Source: Tubiluchus corallicola (lineage: Eukaryota > Animalia > Priapulida). From it: a stretch of 64,000 bases of DNA. The DNA lies in the NCBI GenBank assembly GCA_030141605.1, contig JAQGDQ010000677.1, forward strand, positions 50,470-114,469. Reading direction: 5' to 3'. The position numbers and the translations under genes were made by a program. The number at the start of each line of letters is the position of its first letter. Position 1 is the stretch's first letter. The notes below the pieces were generated by a model that ran no database searches, was not told the origin of the DNA, and saw only the letters and a list, made by a program, of their open reading frames with translations. This document shows positions 11,282 to 21,643 of this stretch, piece by piece.

Positions 11282-12274
11282 TGTGACGATGTAGTCCAAG
11301 TTCCGTTATTGTAAATATGTGGTTCGTGACTTAAGTGTAACCCTTAGGTAAAGAATAAAACACTTAGTCGAAAACACTGTGAAGAAACCACTGAATTAAT
11401 AAAATAATATAACAATTTAATGAATGTTTCAAAACACATTACAAGACAAATGTTAATAATAAAGATTAAGCCGGCTAAGAAGAGAAAGAACAACGTAATG
11501 TTTTTCACCAGTGCAGTCTTGGCATCATCAAGCGACTATTCTCCTGCTCCTATTCCGCGTCATCTCCTCACCAGGGGCTTGATCGAGGAATGGTGCACCA
11601 TAGAACGGTTGACTACACTACCTCTTCATGGATCTGATTACGTGAACGACGTCTCCAAACTTTGACGACTCCTGATGTACACGCCTCCACTAATACGACG
11701 CCAAAATGGGGTAGCATCCAAGCTCCTGCACTCGTCGCAAGGTAAGGATTACCAATTTTGTAATCAGCATGGAAGCACCAACGACAGTATCATCAACGTC
11801 AGGTAAATACGAGTAAGTATCATCAGCAGCAGATATCATCGACAACTGGTAAGTGATGTATCATTATCATCAGCGTCAGGAAAATGTAATCAGCAATAGG
11901 TAAGTATCATCGCTAGAATGCAACTATCGTCTCTGTCGTAACCAGGTAGACAGATAGCTTTTCTACAAGCAAGCACCGTTACTACTAAACCATCATTTCA
12001 TAACCTGAGAACGTCCGCTTAACTCGACAACTTAAAGCGGAATACCAGGGCGAACTGAACAGCCAAAATTTCGTCTACGTGGCTTCAATCACATGATATA
12101 GTAGTAATGCATAAACAGTATCATTGAATGTACAGGTGAAATCTGATTTCAGAACAGGTTGGCTTCTGTCATTATACCGTTAAACATCTTAACTAAAGTT
12201 CTTTTATAAATGGTGGAATTATAACAGTAGGAACTAGTTACATAACCTGGCCTAAAATAAGCCTGAGCGTCACA
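11282..12274 (-). repeat. 5' LTR (993 bp)
   Basis: Direct repeat of 5016-5983; adjacent to the PBS. Confidence 0.96.
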
Positions 12275-12429
12275 GGGGTCATTAAAAAATTACCAAGCGA
12301 TTTGCAATCAAACATAAATGCCTATTATAAAAAAGAAAAAGAAAAATATTACAAATTTATATTAATAATTGTATTTATTATGTAATAATTGTATATTAAA
12401 ATATTACTCATTTTATAGTATTTTAGCAC

Positions 12430-12489
12430 ATCTCTCTCTCTCTATGTCTGTCTCTCTCTCTCCCTCCCCCACTCTCTCTCTCCCTCCCT

Positions 12490-12527
<38 letters not shown>

Positions 12528-12658
12528 ATTCTCTCCCTCCCCTGCTCTCTCTATCTCCCTCTCTTTCCCTCCACCGTGCTCTCTATCTCTCTCTCTTTCC
12601 CACTCTGTGTGCGTGCGTGCGTGCGTGCGTGTGTGTGTGTGTGCGTGCCTGTGTGTGT
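12430..12658. repeat. (CT)n / (GTGC)n / (GT)n microsatellite
   Basis: Directly visible. Confidence 0.95.
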
Positions 12659-12695
12659 AAAAGCAAATTTAAATTAAATTATTTTCATTTTTGTG

Positions 12696-12846
12696 CTAAA
12701 GTTTACAATTCCACACACAAGAAATAAATTCGTCAAACGGATTAGAGCTATGGTTAGGATTAGAATTAGGGCTGGGGCTAGAATAAGGATTAGGGTTGGG
12801 TTAAGATTAGGGTGTTTAAACTGTGTGTGGGGAATTGTAAACTCCT
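12696..12846 (+). mobile_element. IR-bounded element with telomere-like core, short copy
   Basis: AGTTTACAATTCCACACAC...GTGTGGGGAATTGTAAACT enclosing degenerate TTAGGG hexamers; homologues at 32792-33146 and 35995-37030. Confidence 0.75.
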
Positions 12847-13275
12847 TTCACTTTTTGTAATATACTTGCCGATTGAGAAAAGTTGAATATCATAATTATG
12901 TCAGGATAGCTGTTTTGGCTATGAGCATAATGTGGTAGTCCAGCCTAACAGCTAACCTGCAAATTTCGTTGATAAAAGTCAATTTTCCCATCTCAGCGTA
13001 ACAGCGCCTATAAATTAAAGAACAAAAACAAGATAATGCATTCTTTTTTCTTTCCTGGTGTTAACAATGGTACGTTTGTTCGTTTCCATTCCGTGGACAA
13101 TATGTAGTGCTAAACCACCATCGTTCGATTTCTGTGAATTTGAAAATTCATTTTGCATTTTTTCGTTCAATTTGTGCCGCCTCTGTGTTAAAGCTTTTTG
13201 TAGCCATACTTGCTTGAAAATCGGAAACATGCCTGTCAGACGATCGATTGTAACCGCAAAAACCTAGCCCTAATA

Positions 13276-13412
13276 CAGTAAGTAAGTTTATTAGTTTATC
13301 ACCATTTTTAAAATAGCAAAATACATAACTAAGAGATTTATAAATCTGTACAACATACAAATAATTGCAAAGTGCAAAAGTAATTATTGATTAGTGGTGA
13401 AAGGGTGGCGAG
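13276..13412 (-). mobile_element. 3' end of a non-LTR retroelement with short (TTAC)n tail
   Basis: Reverse complement of about 63610-63750, which ends in an expanded (TTAC)n tract. Confidence 0.7.
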
Positions 13413-13814
13413 AGAACTATAAGTTATCGAGGTCAGCCACCCTCTCAGGATTGTTACTAATATAATTAATTAGTTAATGCGCATGTACCAGGTAATAAAA
13501 AATGATCAGATTTTGCATTTAAGACGAATGAAAATTGAATTATTATACGAATGCGTTACTTTATAATAAAATAATGTTCAACAATGGGAAAACGAGACAC
13601 ACGTGACTATCTTTAAATAATAATTTAACCTTTACGTATTTAAAATTAATATTAATATTTAATATACATGTATATAGTAATATCATGCTGTGAAATTTCA
13701 ACTTTCTAGGAAGCTCGCTTCTAATGTTATTGAAGGGTAAACTGAATTTGTTTTTGTGTTTTTTGTAAATATCTGTTATTATGTAGTTGTTGTTGTTATT
13801 ACTGTTACTGTTAC

Positions 13815-13847
<33 letters not shown>

Positions 13848-14053
13848 CATCATCATCATCATTATCATTATCGTTATCATTTTCATTATCCTTGTTATTA
13901 TTATTATCATTATCATTATTATTATTACCATTATTATTATTATTATCATTATCATTATTATTATTACCATTATTATTATTATTATCATTATTATTATTAT
14001 TATAACTAGGTGGCTGGCTTATCTGATGATTTTAACAAAAGAATTAAGCTGAT

Positions 14054-17000
14054 ATGCTGATATGGGCTAACTGTACAATGTGGAAACATGGAAGTGTATT
14101 TCCTTTGCTCTGGAGCAGATTCGTGTTGTGGATGATGTGGATTTTAGTTACCAATGCCATTCCAAGCTTCTGGAAGGTTAAGTTCCCAACTAAAATAGTA
14201 ACTCTCTATTCAGATAAGCACGCAAGTGGAACAATGAGTGTTACAGCATCTGAAAATATGTCTATCGTTTCTAGTCCTGTATTTTACGACGATGCTGGTA
14301 CAAATTTATACCCGTCGGAGATATGCATTACGAAAGACAAGGATAAACATTTAGTTTTCGAAATAAGAGCTATACACTTGAGCTGTGGCGAAGATTTCTT
14401 AATAATTGGCATTGGAAATTCTTCCAAGTTTTCTTACAAAAATGAAGATGGGGACGAACTGAAACTGTGTGAACCCTTGATAGCATCAACAGTTCTAGCA
14501 AAAAATTCACAAAATAAACTGTGTGTTAAGTTTGAATCAGATGGAATGAGGTCGAATCACACAGGATTTGAACTATTAATTCACGCGGTTAAACTGCCCA
14601 CAATGTGCACACAGGTCACCTGTGAAAATAATTATGTCTGCGAACACAGAGGGGAATTATTTGTAAATTCATACGCGTACTGTCCATGCAATGTCTTCTC
14701 CGGATTTTACGGTTTGCGCTGTGAAGAGAAGAGGAATCCGTGTTTTTCAATACCTTGCCAAAATTTTGGAACTTGTCGAGAGACCATTAACGGTTATGGA
14801 TGTGAGTGCCCGTGGGGTTATGTAGGTAACGATTGTAGCAAAAGAGACTTCTGTTTTGATGTTAGTTGTGCCAATGGTGGAACTTGCATCGAGATTCCGG
14901 ATAAGAAATCATACGAGTGCAACTGTTTGGCCAGTTGGATTGGAAAACATTGCGAATTATTTGATTCCTGTTCGTCCAATCCGTGTGAAAATGGAGCTAA
15001 GTGCATTAATGGAGTCAATGGATACGTATGCAAATGTCCACCGCAATATATCGGAACTAATTGTGAGGAAGTTGACGAGTGTTGGTCCAGCCCTTGCCAG
15101 AATAGAGCCATCTGCGTCGATGGCAATAATGAGTACACGTGCCAATGTGAAGAAAAATACACCGGAGTTAATTGTCAGACAGTTAATGAATGCTGGTCCA
15201 ACCCTTGTCTGAACGATGGCACTTGCATTGATGGATCTTACGAGTACACATGTAGATGTGCACCAAGCTACAGTGGAATTAATTGCGAGTTATCAAATTT
15301 TAAGCCATGTTCGTCAGATCCTTGTCAAAATGGTGGCATATGTGTTGACGGGTTAAGTAACTATGTGTGCATGTGTACACCGTCATACACTGGAACTAAC
15401 TGCGAGGTTGCTGATGTGTGCTTTTCCGGTCCTTGTCAAAATGGTGCTACTTGTTTTAATGAAGTAAATGGTTATACATGCACATGCACACCAAAATACA
15501 CTGGAATTAATTGTGAATCAGTTAATGAATGCTGGACTAATCCTTGTCAAAATGGCGGCACTTGTGTTGATGGAGTAAATAATTACGCGTGTAAGTGTTC
15601 AGAAAAGTACAGTGGAATTGACTGTGAATCAATTAATGAATGTTGGTCCAATCCTTGTCAAAATGGTGCTACTTGTGTTGATGGAATTGACAATTATACT
15701 TGCACATGTACAGCAAAATACACTGGAACCAACTGCCAGTCTGAATTTGCCGCTGGGTGCAGTTCCAACCCTTGCCAGAATAATGCTACTTGTATTGATG
15801 GAGTAAATGAATATACCTGCTTGTGTTCGCAAAAGTATAGTGGAATTAACTGTGAATCAGTTACTGAATGCTGGTCCAACCCTTGTCAGAATGGTGCTAC
15901 TTGTGTTGACGGAGTAGGTGAATATAACTGCACGTGTTCAGAAAAGTACAGTGGAATTAACTGTGAATCGATTAATGAATGCTGGTCCAATCCTTGCCGC
16001 AATGGAGCTACTTGTGTTGATGGATTTAACAATTATACATGTAAATGTACAGCAAATTACACGGGAACCAATTGTCAATCTGAATTTGCTACTGGATGCA
16101 TTACAAATCCTTGTCAGAATGGCGCTACTTGTATTGATGGAGTAAATGGGTATACATGCGCGTGCGCACAACAATACACTGGAACAACGTGTGAGGTTAT
16201 TAATGAATGCTGGTCAAACCCGTGTCAAAATGGTGCTACTTGTGTGGATGGGGCCAGTAACTACACATGCAAGTGTGCAGCAACATACAGCGGAGCAAAC
16301 TGTGAGATAGGTATTTGGCTGAGAAAGAAAGAATCATTAATTCGTATTAAGGATAATAACGAATGCTCACTCAATCCATGTGAAAATGATGCTACTTGCA
16401 TCGATGAAGTTAATAATTATACATGCGTGTGTGCACAAAAATACACCGGTACAAAATGTGAGTCGATTAATGAATGCTGGTCAAACCCGTGTCAAAATGG
16501 TGCTACTTGTGTAGATGGAGCAAATAACTACACATGCAAGTGTGAAGCAAAATACAGCGGAACAAACTGTGAGTTAGTTAATGAATGCTGGTCAAACCCT
16601 TGTCAAAATGGTGCTACTTGTTTAGATGGAGCAAATAACTACGCATGCAAGTGTGAAGCAAAATACAGCGGAACAAATTGTGAGTTAGTTAATGAATGCT
16701 GGTCAAACCCTTGTCAAAATGATGCGACTTGTTTAGATGGATTAAATGGGTATTCATGCGTGTGTGCACAAAAATACACTGGAACAACATGTGAGGTGAT
16801 TAATGAATGCTGGTCAAACCCGTGTCAAAATGGTGCAACTTGTTTAGATGGAGCAAATAGCTACACATGCAAGTGCGCAGCAAAATACAGTGGAACAAAC
16901 TGTGAGTTAGTTAATGAATGCTGGTCAAACCCTTGTCAAAATAATGCAACTTGTATCGATGGACTCGATAACTACACATGCAACTGTTCGCCAAAATATA

Positions 17001-18310
17001 GTGGTATTAACTGTCAGTCTATTGCTGGATGCTGGTCCAACCCTTGTCAAAATGATGCTACTTGTATCGATGGACTCGATAACTACACATGCAACTGTTC
17101 GCCAAAATATAGTGGTATTAACTGTCAGTCTATTGCTGGATGCTGGTCCAACCCTTGTCAAAATGATGCTACTTGTATTGATGGAGTCGATGATTATACA
17201 TGCTATTGTACATCAAAATACAGTGGAATTAATTGTGAATTAATGGACGAATGCTGGTCCAATCCATGCCAGAATGATGCAACATGCGTTGATGGAATGA
17301 ATAATTATACTTGCAGTTGTATGCCAAAATACAGTGGAATTCATTGTCAGATAGAAAATTTGTGCTGGTCCGACCCTTGTCAAAATAATGCTGTCTGCAT
17401 TAATGGGGTTAATAAGTACACATGCAAGTGTGCAGCATCGTACAATGGAACTAATTGTCACATATATGTCGGGTGCAGCTCGAATCCTTGTCAAAATGGC
17501 GGTTTATGTTCTGCTGGAAATAATTCCTATGAATGCACTTGTGAAGCAGGTTACTCAGGAGTGCACTGTGAGTATTATTCAGGATGCCAATCCATTCCTT
17601 GTCAAAATAATGGAACTTGTATTGATGCTGAGGACTTCTACATTTGTACATGTATGACCGGGTACACTGGACAAAACTGCGAATCAATAGCTGATAACTA
17701 TCGACTAATCGATGGTCGTTTATTGATCATTGACGCGTGTACTGACAAACCTTGCTTGAATGGTGCCTCGTGCATTCCTACAGCCAATTCCTATACTTGC
17801 ACTTGTGCAGAAGGATACACAGGCCCAAACTGTGACTCACTGCTTAACAAATGTGCACTGAATCCCTGTCAGTACGCTGGAACTTGCACAAAAAACGGAG
17901 ATTCTTTCAGCTGTAAGTGTCTAGAGCAATTTTCTGGTGCCGACTGTTCTATTTTGACAAAGAGTGGAACTTGTAAAGAACCTAATATATTTAATGGTAA
18001 AACATGTCCAAACGTGCCATGTGAAAAAGACAACGATTGCTTGGGGACGAAAAAGTGCTGCAAATTTGATGCTTGTGGATTCGTCTGTTCTGATCCACTT
18101 CCACGAAGTTCTGTAAGAACTGGAGCTACAAAAACTAAACAAAGCAGTTTTGGTAATCTCCAAATTCTCATCGTTGCCACATCGTTTGTTGGATTAATTG
18201 TGTTGTTAGCGGGCTCTGCTTTATTGTATAACAGAAGTAAAACTATCAGTGACCAAGATACAGAGGATGCTTCTACAGACGAATCTTATAGCGATTTTTC
18301 TTACTTATAA
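14054..18310 (+). CDS. Single-exon CUB-29xEGF-WAP type I transmembrane protein (fibropellin/Notch-like EGF array)
   Basis: 1418-aa uninterrupted ORF: hydrophobic signal peptide, CUB-like segment (YPSEICI...CGEDFL...FESDG...GF), 29 six-Cys EGF modules, 8-Cys WAP (KSGTC...CEKDNDCLGTKKCC...CGFVC), TM LQILIVATSFVGLIVLLAGSALLY, and a short acidic tail. The start Met could be 14054 or a nearby downstream Met. Confidence 0.93.
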   Translation: MLIWANCTMWKHGSVFPLLWSRFVLWMMWILVTNAIPSFWKVKFPTKIVTLYSDKHASGTMSVTASENMSIVSSPVFYDDAGTNLYPSEICITKDKDKHLVFEIRAIHLSCGEDFLIIGIGNSSKFSYKNEDGDELKLCEPLIASTVLAKNSQNKLCVKFESDGMRSNHTGFELLIHAVKLPTMCTQVTCENNYVCEHRGELFVNSYAYCPCNVFSGFYGLRCEEKRNPCFSIPCQNFGTCRETINGYGCECPWGYVGNDCSKRDFCFDVSCANGGTCIEIPDKKSYECNCLASWIGKHCELFDSCSSNPCENGAKCINGVNGYVCKCPPQYIGTNCEEVDECWSSPCQNRAICVDGNNEYTCQCEEKYTGVNCQTVNECWSNPCLNDGTCIDGSYEYTCRCAPSYSGINCELSNFKPCSSDPCQNGGICVDGLSNYVCMCTPSYTGTNCEVADVCFSGPCQNGATCFNEVNGYTCTCTPKYTGINCESVNECWTNPCQNGGTCVDGVNNYACKCSEKYSGIDCESINECWSNPCQNGATCVDGIDNYTCTCTAKYTGTNCQSEFAAGCSSNPCQNNATCIDGVNEYTCLCSQKYSGINCESVTECWSNPCQNGATCVDGVGEYNCTCSEKYSGINCESINECWSNPCRNGATCVDGFNNYTCKCTANYTGTNCQSEFATGCITNPCQNGATCIDGVNGYTCACAQQYTGTTCEVINECWSNPCQNGATCVDGASNYTCKCAATYSGANCEIGIWLRKKESLIRIKDNNECSLNPCENDATCIDEVNNYTCVCAQKYTGTKCESINECWSNPCQNGATCVDGANNYTCKCEAKYSGTNCELVNECWSNPCQNGATCLDGANNYACKCEAKYSGTNCELVNECWSNPCQNDATCLDGLNGYSCVCAQKYTGTTCEVINECWSNPCQNGATCLDGANSYTCKCAAKYSGTNCELVNECWSNPCQNNATCIDGLDNYTCNCSPKYSGINCQSIAGCWSNPCQNDATCIDGLDNYTCNCSPKYSGINCQSIAGCWSNPCQNDATCIDGVDDYTCYCTSKYSGINCELMDECWSNPCQNDATCVDGMNNYTCSCMPKYSGIHCQIENLCWSDPCQNNAVCINGVNKYTCKCAASYNGTNCHIYVGCSSNPCQNGGLCSAGNNSYECTCEAGYSGVHCEYYSGCQSIPCQNNGTCIDAEDFYICTCMTGYTGQNCESIADNYRLIDGRLLIIDACTDKPCLNGASCIPTANSYTCTCAEGYTGPNCDSLLNKCALNPCQYAGTCTKNGDSFSCKCLEQFSGADCSILTKSGTCKEPNIFNGKTCPNVPCEKDNDCLGTKKCCKFDACGFVCSDPLPRSSVRTGATKTKQSSFGNLQILIVATSFVGLIVLLAGSALLYNRSKTISDQDTEDASTDESYSDFSYL

Positions 18311-19563
18311 ACTGTGATGTTTCGCAAGTACATGGATCTTTTTGCTTCCATAAGTACACTTATTTTTTTATTTTTTATTCATTATTATTATCACATTCAG
18401 TACAATATATAAAGCACACAGTGACATCAAAATATTACATCTACTATATTAAATTGTTATGTTTCATAAACTATCGTTATCATAAAATAATAATTGTACT
18501 GCAGTGGGCTAGAGAAGTAAAGGCTTGTATAAGCCCACTGTCATGTGAACCCGATAAAAAAATTGATGAGTGAACAAAAAAGAACTGGGAGAAAGGTTAG
18601 ATCACACAGGAAGGGTAGAAGGATGTGTTAGTGGAAATGGTAGGAAGAAAGATAATAGATTGCGCTATGTTGACATCAGCTCTAAAGATTTATCAATGAT
18701 GCCTTGTTTTGCATAATCTGTACCAGGATTGTGCTCCATATTGCTTAAATTCAAGTGCTCCATATTTTCTGTATAGGTAAGAAATTCATTTCAAAATTTT
18801 GCTCGAGCAGAAACAGTGCTGCCATTATACAAAGTACATGAAAAAGTCAGTTATGCGTACGTACATAAATGAATCAAAAATAAGACTGGGCATCTTAAGT
18901 GAGCAGCCATGTTGATATGTATGTTATTTTGGCATCGCAGAAACAAATTCGTTTGAAATGGGGTGACGTTTGTTTCAATGTTCAAAGTTTAATAACCATT
19001 CACAAGACGTTTCACATTTTTTTTATTTTAGTTAGCTATGTGAAGCATTTGAGTCCTGTCTGCGTTTTATTTTACAGGTCTACTCTACAATATTCCAGCG
19101 CCTAACGACCAGGTCCTACCCCATTTTGCCAAGCTTGTACAAGAACCTGTCAGAAATATGTTTTTATTATTAAAGTGGGGTTTACTCTGTCATACTGTAC
19201 TATAGCATAGTAACGTATCAATGCGATGACAGATCTGACTTCTATTATTCTTTTCTTTAATTAAATTCATGTAAATTGATAATCATTTAATGTATTTGCT
19301 CTAGTTACGTAACCACGAACCATAAATAAACAAAAATTCGTTCACGTTTTTCGTTGGTTACTCTTTCTGTGTTGATGGACTGCAATTTCTCTGTCAGTCA
19401 TTCTATGTTTTCTAAGTTTTTGCTCAATTACAAAAAGTTGTTAAAGGTTATGTAGATCTGATCGTAACATTTATACGTTTTAGCTTAATCTATTAGTTGA
19501 TCTCCTAATAATTAGGCTATAATAATGAATACTTAATTACAAGTACTAACATTTCATTTGGAG

Positions 19564-20067
<504 letters not shown>

Positions 20068-20549
20068 GTTTTCTTTTCTCACCCTTTTCCCTAGTTACCG
20101 CGACATAAAAAACGTTTTAAGACATCAAAATTTAAAAAAAAAACTACAAGAAACATTACTAAACACATAATGGAAACACTTATTTTAATTGAACATTACT
20201 GAAATCATTTTCGCTTCAAGCAAAATCACTACTACAAGTAACTACACTACTACATTGCTGGAAGAGGCTCTAGTTAATTTTTTTAAGAATACACTAATTT
20301 AAATGAAGGATTTGCACACCACAAATATGCAAGTACCAACGCTCATCTCAACACGCCACAAATGGTTTTGTTTCTCTGACTTTTCTTTTAAACACACCAC
20401 AAGCACTTTGCACAAATTTCCTTTATTTAAAAATAATTATATAATTTACAAATAGCAGGAACCCTGTTGTCGAAAATCTTCCTAACCTCACAATATGTGG
20501 TTTTCTCAGGTCTGTGTAAATTAGTGATGATGATATTTCACAATTTGTG

Positions 20550-21643
20550 CACTGAAACATCCTATTGTTTTCATTGAATCATTCTATTGTTTTCACTGAA
20601 ACATCCTATTGTTTTCACTGAAACATCCTACTATTTTCACTGAAACATCCTATTATTTTCACTAAAACATCCTATTGTTTTCACTGAAACATCCTATTGT
20701 TTTCACTGAAACATCCTATTGCTTTCACTGAAGCATCCTATTGTTTTTGTAGGAATCTTTATCGTGAGATTTTTACCTCACCCAAAACGGTTACGTTTTC
20801 ATTGAATCATTCTATTGTGTTCACTGAAACATCCTATTGTTTTCACTGAAACATCCTATTGTTTTCACTGAAACATCCTATTGTTTTCACTGAAATATCC
20901 TCTTGTTTTCACTGAAACATCCTATTGTGTTCACTGAAACATCCTATTGTTTTCACTGAAACATCCTATTGTTTTCACTGAAACATCCTATTGTTTTCAT
21001 TGAAACATCTTATTGTTTTCACTGAAACACCCTGTTGTTTTCACTGAAACATCTTATTGTTTTCACTAAAACATCCTATTGTTTTCACTGAAACATCCTA
21101 TTGTTTTCACTGAAACATCCTATTGTTTTCACTGAAACATCCTATTATTTTCACTGAAACATCCTATTGTTTTCACTAAAACATCCTATTGTTTTCACTG
21201 AAACATCCTATTGTTTTCACTGAAACATCCTATTGTTTTCACTGAAACATCCTATTATTTTCACTAAAACATCCTATTATTTTCACTGAAACATCCTATT
21301 ATTTTCACTGAAACATCCTATTGTTTCCACTGAAACATCCTATTATTTTCACTGAAACATCCTATTATTTTCACTGAAACATCCTACTATTTTCACTGAA
21401 ACATCCTATTATTTTCACTGAAACACCCTATTGTTTTCACTGAAACATCCTATTATTTTCACTAAAACATCCTATTATTTTCACTGAAACATCCTATTAT
21501 TTTCACTGAAACATCCTATTATTTTCACTGAAACATCCTATTATTTTCACAGAAACATCCTATTGTTTTCACTGAAACATCCTATTGTTTTTGTAGGAAT
21601 CTTTACGTGAGATTTTTACTTCACCCAAAACGGTTACGTTTTC
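20550..21643. repeat. 22-bp minisatellite (CACTGAAACATCCTATTGTTTT) with a duplicated ~52-bp spacer
   Basis: Roughly 45 monomers; spacer gtaggaatcttt...cggttacgttttc at 20749-20800 and 21593-21643. Confidence 0.95.

Larger units (their letters stand above)
5016..12274 (-). mobile_element. Gmr1-like Ty3/Gypsy LTR retrotransposon, internally deleted
   Basis: Two ~970-990 bp direct LTRs with TGTGACG...CGTCACA ends; tRNA-Leu PBS; Gypsy-type domains in the order gag-PR-IN-(RT)-RH, diagnostic of the Gmr1 group. Confidence 0.95.

Noticed and set aside
13278-13287. GTAAGTAAGT as the donor of a 5' UTR exon of the EGF gene
   Set aside because: It is the reverse-complement (TTAC)n tail of a repeat also present at 63610-64000; use as a donor cannot be supported without RNA data.
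14818-18180. Many short overlapping and antisense ORFs within the EGF gene
   Set aside because: Shadow frames of a repetitive Cys-rich CDS.
14054-18310. Calling the EGF protein Notch, Delta/Serrate, Crumbs or fibropellin
   Set aside because: No LNR/ankyrin, DSL, LamG/ERLI tail or avidin domain, so no gene symbol was assigned.
20550-21643. CRISPR-like array (also considered for 39826-40250 and 40741-41304)
   Set aside because: Head-to-tail repeats without unique spacers, eukaryotic context and no cas genes.
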